Shown here in pieces: positions 1-6,207 of a DNA stretch of 32,876 nt. The notes below the pieces were generated by a model, which was not told where the DNA came from, ran no database searches, and saw only the letters and a program-made list of their open reading frames with translations. A program made the position numbers and the translations under genes. The number at the start of each line of letters is the position of its first letter. Within the stretch, counting starts at the first letter, position 1. This stretch comes from a virus (taxonomy: Duplodnaviria; Caudoviricetes), in IMG/VR virus record IMGVR_UViG_3300033067_002249, positions 1 to 32,876 of that record; one strand, given 5' to 3'.

Positions 1-160
1 ATTTCGGGTCGCGGAGTTTGTGAGCCAGCCTGTGGGCCTCGGCCTTGTTCAGAGGGCTCTCTCCGAGGTGGGTTTTGCTCCAAGCGCGGCGTCCGTCGAA
101 CACATCGACGGCCCAACCTTGCCCGTCATCTCGCGGTCTTACGTGGATACAGAGTTTCAT
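1..160 (-). CDS. Small protein running off the window edge, DUF2188-like (tentative)
   Basis: Manual translation MKLCIHVRPRDDGQGWAVDVFDGRRAWSKTHLGESPLNKAEAHRLAHKLRDPK...; GGAG upstream of the ATG; HVxPxxxxxGWAV pattern recalls DUF2188. Confidence 0.5.
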   Translation of the reverse strand, partial: MKLCIHVRPRDDGQGWAVDVFDGRRAWSKTHLGESPLNKAEAHRLAHKLRDPK

Positions 161-182
161 GGCTCGTTAATTTCTCCGGTTG

Positions 183-344
183 TTAACTTCGCGGATTCAA
201 ACGAATCCCTTCCCGTTCTTTGAGGAACTGCTCTGCCGCTTGGCGGTCTGTGCAACGTGTGGTTTCGCAGTGGCGGACGCCTTCTGCGTCGTACCACCAA
301 CACCAAAACACGCGTCCCCTTGGATAGATCCTGCCACGCCGCAT
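183..344 (-). pseudogene. N-terminal (arm-binding) fragment of a tyrosine integrase, 53 aa
   Basis: MRRGRIYPRGRVFWCWWYDAEGVRHCETTRCTDRQAAEQFLKERE resembles integrase N-termini (GxIYxRGxxWW...R.ST.T.D...A...L..RE). GAGAGGA RBS; overlaps the 3' end of the xis-like gene; TAA at 183-185 with no catalytic domain after it. Confidence 0.7.
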
Positions 345-541
345 CGCTGCACTTCCTCTCGATACCTTTCCCAGACTTCGCGAGCAACGCGCAACACCCC
401 TCGCGCACCTGGTGCTCTGCCCGCTGCCCGCCGGAGGTGTCGATACGCAGAGCGTTCGGAACATCCAAGTTGATGTTGAACGTCGCGAGCGCTCACGCAC
501 ACAGGCAACTCAACGAGGCGCGGCCCCACACGTTCGTTCAT
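197..541 (-). CDS. Excisionase-like HTH protein
   Basis: ATG at 541 after GAGAGGG; HTH-like VSARDVQHQLGCSERSAYRHLRR; overlaps the integrase start. Confidence 0.6.
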   Translation of the reverse strand: MNERVGPRLVELPVCVSARDVQHQLGCSERSAYRHLRRAAGRAPGARGVLRVAREVWERYREEVQRCGVAGSIQGDACFGVGGTTQKASATAKPHVAQTAKRQSSSSKNGKGFV

Positions 542-654
542 GACAAAGCCCTCTCGACCACCGCGGCTGCGAGAGGCGGCGGCACTGCGTTTCCAACCAA
601 ATGGTGCTGGGTAGCGATCGGTTCCGCGGGTCGTTGTCATGTGCCCATCATCAC
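538..654 (-). pseudogene. Relic of a C5-cytosine DNA methyltransferase (motif X only)
   Basis: Frame reads (V)MMGT*QRPAEPIATQHHLVGNAVPPPLAAAVVERALS*; GNAVPPPLA is the canonical motif X. The start and stop overlap both neighbouring genes. Confidence 0.7.
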
Positions 655-1340
655 TCCCTCCCGAGTCCGCGCGCCTGCGCGCGTCGTTTCAATCCTTCGA
701 GCTTCTCTGTGCCCACCGCGCCGCGTTTGTGTTGTGCGTGCGGTTGCGTGAGCGAGAACCACACGTCGTGTTCTTCATCGTGCAAGTCGAGTGACGACAC
801 GCCCTTGGTGCGCTTGATGTCTTCGCACTTGCCGTTGCACAGCAGGGTTTCTTCCATCCTGCACGGATCTCGATCTCCTGGCCGTGTCAAGATAAGCCGC
901 TTATTCTCTGTGCGCGGCCTGACTCGACCAAGCAGCCGATCACGCACTCGTGTTTGCTCCGTGTCGACTTCCTTGCGTTTTTCGTTGTCGTTGTTCAGCA
1001 ACCACCGCTCGTAGCGAGACAGAGAATCGTGCAACAACACTCGCAGCGTTTTGAACTGCGGACCCTGTCGCGCGCCGAGTGCAAGCAAATCGTCATGCTT
1101 CCCTTTCACGATCAGCCATTGCTCCCTGAGAAGCGGCACACCTCGCGGGGAATACGCGTCCTTCCACTCTTCGCTCCATGCAAGCGTCGAGTCGAACGGC
1201 CTGATTCGCTGGAGCGCTTCGAGCACGTCAGCATCCACGCGTTGCGCAATCGCAGGCCACGAAGAGTGAGAGAACAGGCGGAACCCGTACGCTTTCTTGG
1301 GCGGCTCACTCTGTGGCAGCTCGAACAACGTCGTCATCAC
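651..1340 (-). CDS. Hypothetical protein, 229 aa
   Basis: Long ORF with GTGA overlaps at both ends, within the leftward operon. Confidence 0.75.
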   Translation of the reverse strand: MMTTLFELPQSEPPKKAYGFRLFSHSSWPAIAQRVDADVLEALQRIRPFDSTLAWSEEWKDAYSPRGVPLLREQWLIVKGKHDDLLALGARQGPQFKTLRVLLHDSLSRYERWLLNNDNEKRKEVDTEQTRVRDRLLGRVRPRTENKRLILTRPGDRDPCRMEETLLCNGKCEDIKRTKGVSSLDLHDEEHDVWFSLTQPHAQHKRGAVGTEKLEGLKRRAQARGLGRE

Positions 1341-1513
1341 ATCCCCCGTCGCACGAGTGAAGGGTCCATCTGCTTCAGCGCTTCACGAATCACGGCCGAC
1401 CGATTCGCACGCGTGATGCCCTTGCGTTTGAGTTGCGCCACGATGCTGTCGAGACGTTCAAGGTCAGCGTTGTAGATCGAGACGCTGATCACTTTGTAAT
1501 GCTCTGGTTTCAA
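1337..1513 (-). CDS. Ribbon-helix-helix (CopG/Arc-like) DNA-binding protein, 58 aa, absent from the ORF track
   Basis: TTG start after GGAGG; MKPEHYKVISVSIYNADLERLDSIVAQLKRKGITRANRSAVIREALKQMDPSLVRRGM has an alternating beta strand and an NRSAVIREAL helix. Confidence 0.8.
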   Translation of the reverse strand: MKPEHYKVISVSIYNADLERLDSIVAQLKRKGITRANRSAVIREALKQMDPSLVRRGM

Positions 1514-1514
1514 C

Positions 1515-1760
1515 TCACGCCTCCACAGGCTCAGAAAACCATTCTTCTTTGCACAACGTCTCGCCTTGGAATTCCCAACGAAAGAGCGTCAAGTCGCTCC
1601 TGACAAACGTCCATCCGTTGAAGTCCCCAATCGTATCGAGCTGCGAAGGACTCCCAATCAAAACAACGACGCCGAAAACGTCGATTGCATATTCCGGGTG
1701 TCGGCCGCATTTGAAGGCTTCGCCAATCTCTCGACCTTCTTTGAAAATTCGGTAGATCAC
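1515..1760 (-). CDS. Hypothetical protein, 81 aa
   Basis: GGAGG RBS; overlap-coupled to the upstream gene. Confidence 0.7.
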   Translation of the reverse strand: MIYRIFKEGREIGEAFKCGRHPEYAIDVFGVVVLIGSPSQLDTIGDFNGWTFVRSDLTLFRWEFQGETLCKEEWFSEPVEA

Positions 1761-1966
1761 TTCACACCTCCACTCGCTTGCACGGTGGCAGCGATGCGCG
1801 TTGGCTCGAAGTCGGGCTTCCGTAGCTCTTCAATTCCCTCGCTCACCTCGGTCTGGATCAGCGCGAGCAACCTCCAAGGGTCGGGTGCTGTCTCGTGCCA
1901 CCCGTTTGCCTTGTTGATCGCGTACGCCTGCCTTTGCAGCTCTTTGATTGTCTTTCGCTTCATCAC
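1757..1966 (-). CDS. MazG-like nucleotide pyrophosphohydrolase, N-terminal half only (possibly a pseudogene)
   Basis: ELQRQAYAINKANGW...LALIQTEVSEGIEELRK matches the first ExxE helix; the EELAD motif is missing. Confidence 0.55.
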   Translation of the reverse strand: MMKRKTIKELQRQAYAINKANGWHETAPDPWRLLALIQTEVSEGIEELRKPDFEPTRIAATVQASGGVK

Positions 1967-2958
1967 ACAGCCTTCTTTCCGCGCCTCTTGGGCGCTGTCG
2001 TTGCGTCGTCGTTTGCTGGCTCGAGTGCAGTCACGAGGTCACCGCTCGACGAGTGAACTTCGAGACGTCGAATCCCCTGCGTGCGCAGAAGGGTGACGAG
2101 CTTTGTCGTCGTCTCGATCGACGCGACGCCCACGATGTCGGCACCTACGACAGTCCACCGAACCTCACCGCCGTCGATTGATCCGAGCGGGATCTTTTCT
2201 GCCACGAGGTCGAAGTCTTTCTTGCGGAGCTTCACCGTGCGCTCGGTTGTTGCGCACTCGATCGCAAGGGCTTTCTTCTCGCGCTTCGGTGCAGGCGGCC
2301 TCGGCGTTGCGCCAACCTCCTCGACCGTCTTCACGGGCTCGGGGAAGAACTCTTTCTGGCGTGGATCCGCCGCCACCGTGACTGTCTGACCGCGTGGCAG
2401 AATCACCGCGAGTGCGATCGGCTCGCCCTGGATCACGTCGATCCGCAAAGGCCCGCCACGATCGAAGCGGTGCTGCACCACAGCGTCTTTCCACGCGCTC
2501 GCCTTCGCGACGTAATCGCTTGGATATTCAGTCGGGAGATCCTGCGTGAGCGGTGCGCTGTCTGGAACAGGCGGCTCCCAGTCCTTGGGCCATGCGCCGC
2601 TTTGGAAGCTGTCGAGCGTGCGCTCGATCGTGCCTTCCTCGCTGCGGATCGTGATCGTGCGACCGTCAATCGTCACACGCACGCGCTCCTCGTCGCTGCT
2701 GTTCGAAGGCGGCACCACGCCACCGAGCAACCGGCGCAACTTCAACACACTCTCACGTGTCACGCACACGGGCGAGAGGTCAGTCTTCACTGGCAGCAAG
2801 GCCAGGTGCCAGCGCTTCGTGTCGCCTGCCACGATCCTGTTTCCAGACAGGATCACGCGTGCAAGCTGCTCGTTCTCTTTCGCCTTCGGGCAGGCAAGCA
2901 AGACGAACTTTAGTGACTCCAACAAACGCCTTCCCTCAATCGTGTTCTTCGGGTCCAT
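1963..2958 (-). CDS. Hypothetical protein with a divergent DNA polymerase sliding-clamp (beta)-like N-terminal region
   Basis: LARVILSGNRIVAGDTKRWHLA resembles LNGV...LVATDGHRLA; SGAWPKDWEPPVP resembles GxFPDYxxVIP; AVILP resembles YVIMP. AAGGA RBS. The ORF is secure; the function is tentative. Confidence 0.5.
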   Translation of the reverse strand: MDPKNTIEGRRLLESLKFVLLACPKAKENEQLARVILSGNRIVAGDTKRWHLALLPVKTDLSPVCVTRESVLKLRRLLGGVVPPSNSSDEERVRVTIDGRTITIRSEEGTIERTLDSFQSGAWPKDWEPPVPDSAPLTQDLPTEYPSDYVAKASAWKDAVVQHRFDRGGPLRIDVIQGEPIALAVILPRGQTVTVAADPRQKEFFPEPVKTVEEVGATPRPPAPKREKKALAIECATTERTVKLRKKDFDLVAEKIPLGSIDGGEVRWTVVGADIVGVASIETTTKLVTLLRTQGIRRLEVHSSSGDLVTALEPANDDATTAPKRRGKKAV

Positions 2959-2970
2959 TCTTCGATCCTT

Positions 2971-3162
2971 TCAGGCCGCAACCGCGGCCATTGAGCCTTT
3001 TGCAATCTCTTCGTTCAGCTCCGCGCGTTCGTCGCGCGTGAGCTGCCGTTCAGCCTCTGCGCGCAGTCGTCGCAGTCGTAGCCACTCCAGGCGTGCACCA
3101 CGTTCGAGTGCACACCGCTCGTCGTGCAACAGCACGATCACGTGAGCGACCCGGACGTTCAT
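2971..3162 (-). CDS. Hypothetical protein, 63 aa
   Basis: ATGA-coupled; AAGGA RBS. Confidence 0.6.
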   Translation of the reverse strand: MNVRVAHVIVLLHDERCALERGARLEWLRLRRLRAEAERQLTRDERAELNEEIAKGSMAAVAA

Positions 3163-3335
3163 CGTCGCGCTTTCCTTCGTGGTCGTGGCACAAGATCCTC
3201 GACCACTCCCGACACTGCCCCCGTCGCGTCGTCAGGCACCGTCACCCGTGCTTCGACAGTGACCGTGTCAGGGTCGAGTGACTCGACACGGAACGCCTCG
3301 ACGAAGAACGTCGTGGGGCGCGGTTGGTGCTTCAC
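3159..3335 (-). CDS. Hypothetical protein, 58 aa
   Basis: GTG start overlapping the upstream stop; GAGG RBS. Confidence 0.6.
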   Translation of the reverse strand: MKHQPRPTTFFVEAFRVESLDPDTVTVEARVTVPDDATGAVSGVVEDLVPRPRRKARR

Positions 3336-3685
3336 GATGACCTCGCTGCCGTGACACCGAGGTCTGTCCACGTGACGCCGTGATCGTCCACGGCCAGGGC
3401 GAGCGAGCAAAGCACGGCGTAGTCCATCTCGTCTGTGGCGGTGTTTGCGCGCCACCACTGGAAAACCGAAAGCGTGTCACGCTTGGCAACCTCCGCGAGC
3501 ATTGGCCCGTGCTCGTCGGCCGGGTCCTGCTCGCGGAGATTGCGCAGCGTGCTCTCCTTTGTGCGTGGGATCAGCAGGAAAAACCCGCTCGGACTCCACA
3601 CAAGACTCAGCGGGCGCTCACCGCAGTGGCACTCAATTCTGCGCCAGCCTTTCCTGAGGCGGCTGTCTTCAACGGCGCACTTCAC
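3332..3685 (-). CDS. Hypothetical protein
   Basis: GTG at 3685 overlapping the upstream stop; GAGGG RBS. Confidence 0.65.
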   Translation of the reverse strand: MKCAVEDSRLRKGWRRIECHCGERPLSLVWSPSGFFLLIPRTKESTLRNLREQDPADEHGPMLAEVAKRDTLSVFQWWRANTATDEMDYAVLCSLALAVDDHGVTWTDLGVTAARSS

Positions 3686-3972
3686 GCTGCCCTCTTCGTC
3701 GTGCGTTCGGGCAGTGCCACCACCTCCGCGAGCTGCTTCGATGGCGATGGGCGCTTGAATCCCTTCACCGCCTTGCCGAACAACGCCACGTCGAAGCCAG
3801 GAGGCCATGCGCGCTCCTGGCAGATCTCACACCCGAGCGAGTCGCCGCCTGGGTGACGGTGTTCGTCGCCTGCGCCCGTTGGCCGCTCGTTGTCGTTGTA
3901 AGCCACCACCACAACGACGCTCTCCGTGGTCGTGCGCGTCCGCTTGACCTTCACACTCTTCGTGCATGCCAT
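3682..3972 (-). CDS. Hypothetical protein with HxH...CxxC motif
   Basis: Strong AAGGAGGA RBS before ATG 3972. Confidence 0.7.
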   Translation of the reverse strand: MACTKSVKVKRTRTTTESVVVVVAYNDNERPTGAGDEHRHPGGDSLGCEICQERAWPPGFDVALFGKAVKGFKRPSPSKQLAEVVALPERTTKRAA

Positions 3973-4054
3973 TGTCGAATCCTCCTTTGGTCCACGCCCA
4001 CGCGAACCAAGACCGCCACCGCTCACGCGCAGGGGCGCTCCTGGGTCTCCTGAG

Positions 4055-4279
4055 TCACACGAGGTCAGTCGCCTTCATGTCCGCGTCGATGGCCCGGTCC
4101 ACCACGCGAATCACGGTCACACGTGCTTCGCTTTGCACGCGTCTCCACGCAGCCCAGTAGTCGGCAAAATGCTCGCTGTCGTACGTCGCCGCCCATCGCT
4201 CACGCGCCGCGAGCACCGCACGCACAGCGTCGCGCTCGGCCCTGCTGAGCTTGCGGAACCTGCGCACGAGGGCGGTCAC
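4055..4279 (-). CDS. Hypothetical protein, 74 aa
   Basis: GGAGG RBS; GTGA coupling. Confidence 0.65.
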   Translation of the reverse strand: MTALVRRFRKLSRAERDAVRAVLAARERWAATYDSEHFADYWAAWRRVQSEARVTVIRVVDRAIDADMKATDLV

Positions 4280-4515
4280 GACTCGACCTCCGCGCAGAAG
4301 GCTGCGAAGAGCCGCGCACCAACCTCTTCACCACGCTCGTCCGCGAAGAGTCGACCACAGCGAACTGGACCTGCATCGACTCGGACAAACACGGTGTGTC
4401 CGACCACTCCAACCCACGTGCGGCGGTCTCCTGTCTCCCAGAGGAGACCGAGCGGCGCGCTCGGGGATGACACGCTCGCCCACTGTTGTGCGGGGGCACA
4501 CGACACAACAGTCAT
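4276..4515 (-). CDS. Hypothetical protein
   Basis: ATGA/GTGA coupling at both ends. Confidence 0.6.
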   Translation of the reverse strand: MTVVSCAPAQQWASVSSPSAPLGLLWETGDRRTWVGVVGHTVFVRVDAGPVRCGRLFADERGEEVGARLFAAFCAEVES

Positions 4516-4748
4516 CGCGCGCACCCTTCGACGAAGAGCGCGACGGCCAGCCTGAGTGCCTGCTCTGGGGTGTCGAGCCGCGTGTCCCAGCGAGCCGGTC
4601 CCGTCGGGGTGTCAATGTCCGAGAACACACACGTCCCGAGCGTGAACGTCTCAACTGACGCGTCGGAGCTTTGGAAAAGCACTGACCACCCGCCGCTGCG
4701 CGAGGCGACCGCGGCGTATTGCATGGTCGGGTCACACTCGCGGATCAC
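4512..4748 (-). CDS. Hypothetical protein
   Basis: GTGA/ATGA coupling at both ends. Confidence 0.6.
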   Translation of the reverse strand: MIRECDPTMQYAAVASRSGGWSVLFQSSDASVETFTLGTCVFSDIDTPTGPARWDTRLDTPEQALRLAVALFVEGCAR

Positions 4749-5086
4749 AGCGCCACCGTCCCTGTGAACGAGACGTTGCGGAACCACTCGGCGACAACCG
4801 CTTCCTGGTGTGCGATCGAATCAAACAGGCGCTGGTCACACACAGTGACGAACTCGGGGTCAGCGTTGAGCGCTGCTGTCTCCTGTTCGCGGCGTGCGAG
4901 GATCGCGTAGGTCAGACGCGAGACAACGTCTTCACCGCGGCACCACAGGCGCTTTGGCAGAACCTCTTTGAGTGCTGTGTGTGCGAGGCAGCACGCAAGC
5001 GGTGCGCCTGGGTCAGAGACCCGCAAGAGTTCCGCTTCAATGCAGCCGCGAATCAGAGCCTTGAGTGTTGCGAGTGACGTTGCCAT
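4745..5086 (-). CDS. Hypothetical protein, first gene of the leftward operon
   Basis: GAGGA RBS; lies directly downstream of the PL-like promoter. Confidence 0.75.
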   Translation of the reverse strand: MATSLATLKALIRGCIEAELLRVSDPGAPLACCLAHTALKEVLPKRLWCRGEDVVSRLTYAILARREQETAALNADPEFVTVCDQRLFDSIAHQEAVVAEWFRNVSFTGTVAL

Positions 5087-5130
5087 CTGTCCTCACCGCG
5101 GCGGGGGATTGAACCGCCTTGGTGATTCGC

Positions 5131-5159
5131 ACTGTAGCGACAGAACAAACCAACGTCAA
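5131..5159 (-). promoter_or_regulatory. Leftward early promoter (PL-like)
   Basis: TTGACG-17 bp-TACAGT on the minus strand. Confidence 0.8.
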
Positions 5160-5167
5160 CAAAGAAT

Positions 5168-5183
5168 TGTCACAATAGCGACA
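5168..5183. promoter_or_regulatory. Putative operator OL (TGTCGCTATTGTGACA on the minus strand)
   Basis: 16-bp imperfect palindrome just upstream of the -35; matches 6149-6164 at 14/16. Confidence 0.7.
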
Positions 5184-5193
5184 GTCGCAACCG

Positions 5194-5637
5194 TCACCCT
5201 TCTTTTGCGGCCAAAAGCAACGCAGCCAGCACCGCGTCCTCATTGCTGGGTTCTTCTCGCCAGTCCAGCACAGGGCGAAGCGCGAGCGTGACGCCCCAGA
5301 TGTCCGCCTCGTTTCCAGCGGGCAGGAGCTCACGACAGTGAATGTGAGCTCGCTCATGCTGGAACGTTTGGACCCGCTGTTCAGGCGTCTTTCCAGCAGC
5401 GAGCAGCACGAGGGACCCAAGCGCGCCACCGCACGTTCCAATTCCGTGCACCCACGCCACGCGGATCTGCTCAAGGTGCGCCACTTCGTTGATCGTCAGA
5501 ATTGCCGCGCCAACGCGGCGTTCTATGCGGCGGGCTACGCGTTCCCACTCGCTGCGGTCGTAGGCAGGTTGTTGGAGCCCAGCGCGTGCCCACTGGCGTC
5601 TGGCTGCGAACCGCGCGATCTGGCTGATGGAAAGCAC
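5194..5637 (-). CDS. ImmA/IrrE-family metallopeptidase (putative anti-repressor)
   Basis: PEQRVQTFQHERAH (cf. RxRFTxAHELxH) plus downstream NEAD; immediately downstream of the XRE repressor; GTG 5637 after AGGGGG. Confidence 0.7.
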   Translation of the reverse strand: MLSISQIARFAARRQWARAGLQQPAYDRSEWERVARRIERRVGAAILTINEVAHLEQIRVAWVHGIGTCGGALGSLVLLAAGKTPEQRVQTFQHERAHIHCRELLPAGNEADIWGVTLALRPVLDWREEPSNEDAVLAALLLAAKEG

Positions 5638-5644
5638 TGTCCCC

Positions 5645-6124
5645 CTATTTGGTTCTGGCTGCGACCTTCGCGAGCGGATCTCGAGCGTAAACGTCCAGAA
5701 GCAAGTCATGCAAACGTTTGACATCCTCAGGCAAGAGCACTTCGGGCTGTCGCCCAAGCGACATTCGAGCGACATCATCGAGCACGTCTGGCTCAACACG
5801 TGCCCCGTACCGCTTCTCTGTTTCGGAACGGATATCCAGCCAATCGGGCCTTGCCCCGAGAGCGGTTGAGGGAACCGCCATCGGCGGCGCAGAGCCTCGC
5901 CCCAAGAGCTCGTCGAGCGTCTTTCCGCTGTAGGTCGCGAGCGCGCTTGCGAGCTTGATTCCAGCCCCGCGGCGGCCATCAAGGAACTCGAACACAAGCG
6001 AGTGCGACACTGCCAGCTTTCGAGACGCTGCGGAAACGTTGCCTCCAAAGTCGTCGCGCACGATCGCGGTGAGCATGGCGCGGAGCGAATCATTCAAGGC
6101 TGGCGGCAAGGCTTTGTTGTGCAT
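5645..6124 (-). CDS. XRE-family HTH phage repressor (CI/ImmR-like)
   Basis: NVSAASRKLAVSHSLVFEFLDGRR...LATYSGKTLDELLG; divergent from cro; no S24 peptidase domain. Confidence 0.8.
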   Translation of the reverse strand: MHNKALPPALNDSLRAMLTAIVRDDFGGNVSAASRKLAVSHSLVFEFLDGRRGAGIKLASALATYSGKTLDELLGRGSAPPMAVPSTALGARPDWLDIRSETEKRYGARVEPDVLDDVARMSLGRQPEVLLPEDVKRLHDLLLDVYARDPLAKVAARTK

Positions 6125-6130
6125 GGGTGG

Positions 6131-6136
6131 AGCCTA
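6131..6136 (-). promoter_or_regulatory. Putative PRM-like -10 element for a leaderless repressor mRNA
   Basis: TAGGCT followed by 6 nt then the ATG; no Shine-Dalgarno; poor -35 overlapped by the operator. Confidence 0.55.
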
Positions 6137-6148
6137 CCCCGGCTCAAT

Positions 6149-6164
6149 TGTCGCTATCGCGACA
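6149..6164. promoter_or_regulatory. Putative operator OR (TGTCGCTATCGCGACA)
   Basis: Near-perfect 16-bp palindrome between repressor and cro; half-site TGTCGCTA recurs at 6190-6197. Confidence 0.75.
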
Positions 6165-6172
6165 ACGAATTG

Positions 6173-6201
6173 TTGACGTTGGTTTGTTCTGTCGCTACAG
6201 T
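6173..6201 (+). promoter_or_regulatory. Rightward early promoter (PR-like)
   Basis: TTGACG (6173-6178)-17 bp-TACAGT (6196-6201). Confidence 0.8.
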
Positions 6202-6207
6202 GCGAAC

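Larger units (their letters stand above)
5126..5183 (-). repeat. Left copy of a 58-bp inverted repeat (37 bp perfect, 5126-5162)
   Basis: Reverse complement matches 6149-6206 at 52/58 positions. Confidence 0.95.
6149..6206 (+). repeat. Right copy of the 58-bp inverted repeat (37 bp perfect, 6170-6206)
   Basis: TTGTTGACGTTGGTTTGTTCTGTCGCTACAGTGCGAA is the exact reverse complement of 5126-5162. Confidence 0.95.

Noticed and set aside
5095-5125. tRNA T-arm-like GGTTCAATCCC on the minus strand
   Set aside because: No cloverleaf, acceptor stem or CCA; treated as a leader hairpin.
5194-6093. 299-aa ORF overlapping the repressor
   Set aside because: Only 5194-5637 looks coding; the upstream part is an alternative frame of the repressor gene.
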